A stretch of 64,000 nucleotides of DNA, from assembly GCA_019828565.1 (NCBI GenBank), contig JAHDYR010000012.1:62001-126000 (forward strand), given 5' to 3'. The stretch comes from Carpediemonas membranifera BICM (taxonomy: Eukaryota; Protista; Fornicata). A program made the position numbers and the translations under genes. How positions within the stretch are numbered: the stretch's first letter is position 1; every line of letters starts with the position of its first letter. Below are positions 58,092 through 64,000 of this stretch, piece after piece. A model generated the notes under the pieces. It was not told the DNA's origin. It searched no databases and saw nothing but the letters and a program-made list of their open reading frames with translations.

Positions 58092-61000
58092 TGTGGGTTC
58101 GTGAGAACAAAGCTTTACAAAGAATAGAGCTCGACACCCATGTGTCGAGCTGGACGACTCAAGACTATTAAATAATCTATTGATGAACCAACACTTCCCT
58201 CCCATGCTCCGGTAGAGCATCAAAAAACTCAACACTATTATGAAGGGTGTGCTAGGTGCTTGGTCCGGGTGAATTGCCCAGATACAAGCTCCAGTAACCG
58301 TCGCTTCCATGGGGACTCGCCATGGAGCCGGAGTTGGCAATGGACTAAGCCCTATTGCCTGAACCGTTGTGAGCTCGGGACTTTCGAGTTCACCGGATAC
58401 CCGTTGACCAGACTGGCTATAAAAACCCTGAGTCTTATGCCCGGCGTGATGTCCAGTCACGTTTCTGAGATATGCTTACCTCACTACCAAATCTAAATTA
58501 CCTAATATTATCTGATCAAATCTTGCGTGGTACCACTGTATTAGCGCGCTATGTTATGGGTATCCTTACCTGGGGTCCTGCCCCTCTTGAAAGTCTTTGA
58601 AACATACCCGACGATTCTGAAAGGGTCAAATGGCGCACTTTTAGGTGCCATCGATGTCCCCATGTCAATTCTTACCAAAGGTTGGTTACATTCCGCCTAA
58701 TCTTACACGGCGTTCAAAACGGGTTAAGAGGCTCCAATTCCTTCTCGTTCGCGAGATATGGCACTTTTTCGTTTTGCACCGCCGGAAACACTTTTTGGAT
58801 CCCGAAAACGCGGCTATATTGAATAACAACATCAGTTCCACCATGTAAACAACTCTATGTTCCACTTCTGAACAGCATTGTTGCGTAACCATTGCGTTTC
58901 ATCGATTTCGCATTTTTTGCTTTCTGGAAAGTCGACTTTCTAGACGATCACAGCTCATGGGGGATTTCGACGCCGCTGTGGAAACTATTCTAAATCGTCT
59001 TACGACTAACACTTCGAGAATGCAATTTTGCCGTCTCCTCCGTCGCCATATCTCTGAAACTGGTTCCTACCTCGAGTTGTTCACCCCTTACCAGCCGCGA
59101 CGTGCTCCTAGGCGCCAAAACGTCCCTAATGTCCCAGAGGAACTTGCTGGCGCCGTAACCAGTTCTGCATCTGACAGCGAGAGCGTTAACGCCGTCGACC
59201 TACGCTACCTTCCGGCTTCTCCTGACCCAACCGACAATGAGTCTGACTCCGAGTCGGACGACACCCCGCCATCCCTCTCTGGCTACGTGGAACTCGTCAC
59301 CCGGCAGGCAGTCAGCTACTACTGGAACTCTCCCCGGACTGAGTTACTGCTGCTCACCGACAACCGGCTGCACTCTTACACCCGCGCTTCCGCTGCAGTG
59401 CACTCGCATGACGCCGGCGCTGATCTCTGCCGTGACGCTATCGTACTCCAGGCGATGTCGGCTTACCTCTCCATACGTCGCGATTCGACTGATGCTGCCA
59501 TCGTTTCAGCCTACCTCACTGCTGTTCGAGACAAACGCGCGTATGTGCCGAACGCGCTCAAGCAAGAGATCGAGAATCGCTCTGGCCTCAGCATCGTCAC
59601 CATGCGTCCTCATGTCTTCCGTGCTGTCATGCTCGGCCACGATGTCAACCTATATTTTGTGCTGCACATGGGAGAGGCCCTCGGTATCCTCACCCGCGCT
59701 GATTGCGCTGAGTTCGCTCGTCAGTACTTCGCTCGCATGCGTAGCGGCGCTTCCTTCGACGACGCGGAGTTCAGTCTTCTGTCAGGCTTCATGCCGGTTA
59801 CTGCTGACCGCGCCCCGTCGCTGACTCTGCAAGACATGACTTCTGCAGCCTTCACGGTCTCGCGTGTTTGGCATTATCGTTTTGACGCCCCTGGTCTTCT
59901 GCGCCTGCATGTCAGTTATGAGGAATGCCCCAATGTGAGCAGCATTGCCATCGCTACTCGGCGCATGCAGACTCACCCTGCCGTTGCCCAGTTCCTCACT
60001 GAGCATCCGTCTTACGAGTCTTACCTCGCCGACGACGTTGCCCTCGATGGTAACGTCCGTTGTGACACTTGCGAATAAACAGTTTCTGATGCTTGGGGGC
60101 CATTTATTCGGCCTTCCCCAGATATATGTCCAACGCTTCGCATCCCTTAACGTTCTGGTACGGCTCCCACGTATCTTCCGAAGGCTCGTACCCTGCCCAT
60201 CGGACGTGGAACTGCCGATCGCTGAGTCTGCGCTCATGCGTTGCTTCGTATATCGACTCCACGACATACTCGCCGATCGTCACTGCTGCTAGCTCTTGGG
60301 CATGTTGCATGGACAGCTCGCCTGAAAATGGTCTGACCCTCTCGGACGCGACCTGGAATTCGGTCCTCGTATTGACATCTCTAACCCAGTAACCAACAGG
60401 AAAGTCATTCCTCATGATAGGCTGGATCAGTTGCATGGGGCCTCGCCACCCTGCAGCCAACTTTGATGGTGGCCCATTCGGGTATTTGACCAATACAAAC
60501 TCAGACGTAATTGGTTCAGGAGGGGGCAGCTTGCTGAGAGCGTCAGCGTGCATTGCCTTAATACGTGCTTCAGCGAGCTCTCGAGCGAGTTTGGCAGCAG
60601 CTACGTTGCTCGCTGGTTGGCTGACCGCCTTCTCACCCAGTTCTTTGACGATTAGCATGTCGGCCGGTACGCGCAGATCACTACCAAAAATCACCTCTGC
60701 TGGGGTTAAACGCGTTGCTGAGTGTGGTGTCGCGTTGACAATGTACTGTGCAACTGGCAACGACTCCGACCTCAGCTCGTACTGCCGCGCCCTCAGAATA
60801 CGCTCGACTCTGCTGTTCGCTCGTTCGACCACTCCATTTGACTGTGGATGATATGGAGTGGTTGTATGGATTGAAAAGCCAACTCGGACGGACAAGTCCT
60901 TGAACAGCTTGTTGACAAACTGCTTGCCTCCGTCTGTTTGGAGGACTCGAGGGACTCCATACCTGAGTATCCACTGGTCAGCAAATGCTCTGACAGCTTC

Positions 61001-63094
61001 GTCGGCTCTCGTTGTCTTCAGCGGAATGAGCTCGGTCCACCTCGAAGCCATATCTGAATGAATGGTGTCCAACACAAGAACCTGCGCCACCTCTGCAACG
61101 CGGAAACGATTGCATACGCCTCCTGTTCAATTGTGCTCCATCTCGTCTGTACATCGTTGAAAGACTTGGACATGTATGACACCGGCTTACCGTCTTGTAG
61201 CAACACTCCGCCAATTCCAAGGTCTGACGCGTCAGTCATGACGACGTGCTCACGGGTAACATCGAAGTGTTCGAGGGCGGGAGCCTGACACAGCAGATCT
61301 TTGACCTGCGCCAAAGCCTCGACCTGATCGCTGCCGTCGGGAGGTGCCTTGCCACACGCGGCTTGAGCTAAAGGGTGCACGATCCTCGAAAAACCTGGCA
61401 CAAAATCTCTCATGAAGTTCAAGAATCCCATTAGGGCTTGAGCGGCCTTCTTCGTCTTCGGGACACGCAGCGTCTCAACATCCCGAATGCGGTCTGGCGC
61501 AATTCTAAATCCTGTACCCGACACCACCCAGCCTAAGAACTCGACTTCTGCGAGTCCAAAGTGTGACTTCTCCTTGTTGAGGCTGAGTTTCAACTCTTCG
61601 GCCCTCGCCAACACCTTGTTCAAGTTGGACAAGTACTCTTGCTCTGTGCGGCCGAAAATTATAATGTCGTCAATATATATGATACACGCGGTACCAAGTA
61701 GATCGTGGAATCCCCGTTCAATTGCAAACTGGAAATGCGCCCCAGCGTTTTTTCAATCCAAACGGCATGCCCGTATACTGGAACTTGCCTCGTGGGGTCT
61801 GGAACGCAGTGTATTGTCTCGACCTTTCGGACAACTTGACTTGATGATAACCCTTCGAAAGGTCAATCGTGGCGAAGATCTTAGCTCCTGCCAACCGTGC
61901 GAGGCACGCTTGAACCTCTGGGATCGGGTAATCAAACGGCTCAGTAAGGTCGTTGATCCTTCTGAAATCGACAACCATACGAGTTCTGTCTCGGCCCTTC
62001 GGGACGAGGGAGAGCTGGAGACGAGTACGGAGAGAAACTCGCCTCAATATACTTCTTGGCTAACAGCTCCCGGACGTGCTCATCAAACAGACCCTGCTTC
62101 TGGTGAGGAATGTAATTTGACCTGGACGCTACTACTCCTTCAAGATCAGGTCATAAGGCTCTAAGGCAGAAAACCCCTCACGCTCCTCGAAGCAACGGCT
62201 GAACTTGGCGATGATTCGCGCATGCATCGCTGTAAAATCTGTTGACATAGTGTAGGACTGCATCGCGTCCATTGGGGGGACGGACGGTTCCATATCGTCA
62301 GAGTCCCGGCTCGCTTGAGATTCCGCGACACTGGGCAGGATGCCCCACTCAACCATCGTTGGGTACGACAATAGAAGGTCGTAGATGCATTCAACTCCGT
62401 ATGCGGCGACAGTAGTCGACAGTGCCTTTGGAGTGAAAGGTGACTTATGCATGAGAAGGGGAATCTCATAGCAAACGTCGGACTCAATAGATCCCCCTGG
62501 AGTCTTGATGACGATAGGTTGACTGAGCTTCGTCGGAATAAGTTCAGCAGCGGTTGCCGACTGGGGATTCACCAAGCAAATATCCGCCCCGCAGTCGAAA
62601 AGTACACGCTCCCATTGCACACTGTGATCATTACCGACCGGAACCTCTGCTGTTACTATCGGGAGCGCGTTGCTGTGTGTCTGACTCAACGATGTCAGGA
62701 CATGAGCGGGTGCACGAGAAAAGGATGAACAAGCCTGGGGGTTTACTGAAGTACCCCGACAGAACTTGTCTTGATGTCCCTGCTTACCGCACTTGCTGCA
62801 GACAGTCTTCGGGTTCCGACACTGGCGCGATGTGTGACCGGACTTGCCGCAGTTGTAGCACACGATGGTACGGCTGGTGCTCTGATGATCGGTGCTTGAG
62901 CCGGTCTGCTGACTTCTCTGCATTTCAGACTGGGCTCCCCGGTACTGGTGCTTGCCATGAGACTGGTGCTCACCCGGGTGAGGCGGGCCGCCCTGTCGGC
63001 GCAGACCTCGAGAATGGCTTGCGCGCTGGTCCTTAGGAGGGCGGTTTCGAGGCTGAGAATCGGACTTGATGGTCCTGGAAGTAATCATCGCAGC
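58092..63094 (-). mobile_element. Ty3/Gypsy chromodomain element with antisense accessory gene; 5' end interrupted by the insertion at 63095
   Basis: 3' LTR 58092-58193 after PPT GGGAGGGAAG; fragmented gag-pol 63088-60104 (two CCHC, LFDCGA, YIDD, TDASD, IN core, EYVVESI..VRWAGY..TWEP). Confidence 0.85.
58957..60078 (+). CDS. Antisense accessory protein, 373 aa, unknown function
   Basis: Intact ATG-started ORF convergent with pol (25-bp gap); homolog at 42736; tail FTVSRVWHYRFDAPGLLRLHVSY is chromodomain-like. Confidence 0.7.
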   Translation: MGDFDAAVETILNRLTTNTSRMQFCRLLRRHISETGSYLELFTPYQPRRAPRRQNVPNVPEELAGAVTSSASDSESVNAVDLRYLPASPDPTDNESDSESDDTPPSLSGYVELVTRQAVSYYWNSPRTELLLLTDNRLHSYTRASAAVHSHDAGADLCRDAIVLQAMSAYLSIRRDSTDAAIVSAYLTAVRDKRAYVPNALKQEIENRSGLSIVTMRPHVFRAVMLGHDVNLYFVLHMGEALGILTRADCAEFARQYFARMRSGASFDDAEFSLLSGFMPVTADRAPSLTLQDMTSAAFTVSRVWHYRFDAPGLLRLHVSYEECPNVSSIAIATRRMQTHPAVAQFLTEHPSYESYLADDVALDGNVRCDTCE

Positions 63095-63317
63095 TGTAGT
63101 GTCGCGTATACATTATATATTGGGTCTCGTTTAGTCATGTCGACACCCATTGTGTCGACTCTATAAATCACTCTCCCCTCCCGTTAGTGTTGTACAACAC
63201 CACAGTAATTACTGCTAGCATGTTCAACGCCAACGCTCTGGACTTATTCTCCGCTCCCTATCTTGATGGAATGACCGCCTCTCAGTGGCAGTCCTTCCGC
63301 GAGGCTTATTACGCCTA
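63095..63317 (+). mobile_element. Gypsy 5' end: 110-bp LTR 63095-63204, palindrome, gag start at 63220
   Basis: TG..CA, GTCGACAC/GTGTCGAC inverted repeat, MFNANALDLFSAPYL..FREAYYAY interrupted at 63318. Confidence 0.65.
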
Positions 63318-64000
63318 TGTCACCGGTCTATAAACTGCTCCGTCCAGTTTTGACCACTTTTACCCCGCTGCGGTTTACTGTAAATGATTTCAACCGACAA
63401 TACTAGTATTAGCTGTGCTGATGTCGTTAACTGTTCAAATTCCTGAGCTTTCTCCTTCAAATCTAACACTAGAGACTCTTGAGGAGTTTGAGCGCCGAGC
63501 AACGATTTTTACTATACAAAACCCAAGCATCCCACTGTCCGTCCTCATTGAGGAGTCATTTGCCCTCGAACTCAAGGCCGAAGGCATAGACACATCCGAC
63601 AAGAACTACACTCTCAAGAACTTCACCGAATGGTGTCGCCAGCGGCTCCTTCCCCACTCCATCTTAGCACTCGTCGAAGAGCTCCAAGACCTTCGTTTCC
63701 CCATGGTGCCGAGCACCGCACGCAACTTCGAAGCTGGCACGAGACTACAAGCGGCAGCATTCCGCAAGCGCATCGAGCTCTACTCCAAGACGCCAGACCC
63801 AGAAGGGTTCTTGGAACCCATCGACGACAACCCCAATGCCGACGAACTGCTCGCAAGCTTTGATAAGCTGGCTGCACGGCTCTTCAGGGAGTCCCTGAAC
63901 CCGACAGCATTCCGCAAGAAGGCACAGACCTTGCTTGCTCTCCACAACGTCAAGACCTTCGAGGACACCGTAGCGGTGGCTCTTAGGGCTGCTAGGGCGT
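63318..64000 (+). mobile_element. Nested Gypsy 5' end: 82-bp LTR 63318-63399, palindrome, gag from 63421 running off the window
   Basis: MSLTVQIPELSPSNLTLETLEEFERRATIF aligns with the gags at 653, 21707(-) and 43850. Confidence 0.7.

Overview
A eukaryotic, probably protist, retrotransposon cluster. I see no host protein-coding gene; the only cellular gene is a tRNA-Arg(ACG) at 10071-10144 (-). The rest is nested retroelements of three orders. (1) About seven tyrosine-recombinase (DIRS-order, PAT-like) elements or fragments with gag, RT/RNase H/methyltransferase-like and YR modules and split direct repeats. (2) About ten Ty3/Gypsy elements or fragments, most surviving integrases carrying a chromodomain, with very short (about 50-125 bp) LTRs and 4-bp TSDs. 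(3) Non-LTR elements: a CRE-like REL element inserted at the tRNA with a 40-bp TSD, a full-length 8.5-kb APE-type LINE with a 15-bp TSD, and fragments. The strongest unexplained signals are these. Every visible Gypsy 5' LTR is followed by a different but perfect 10-14-bp palindrome instead of a tRNA primer-binding site. One Gypsy lineage carries an antisense accessory gene, with a spliceosomal intron in two copies, a shared upstream 13-mer and a degenerate chromodomain-like tail. The LINE ORF1 contains a DEDDh exonuclease with the Maelstrom/arenavirus-NP zinc signature. Many ORFs are broken by single-base indels in homopolymers, which may be partly sequencing error. All family assignments come from motif recognition by eye; no searches were run.
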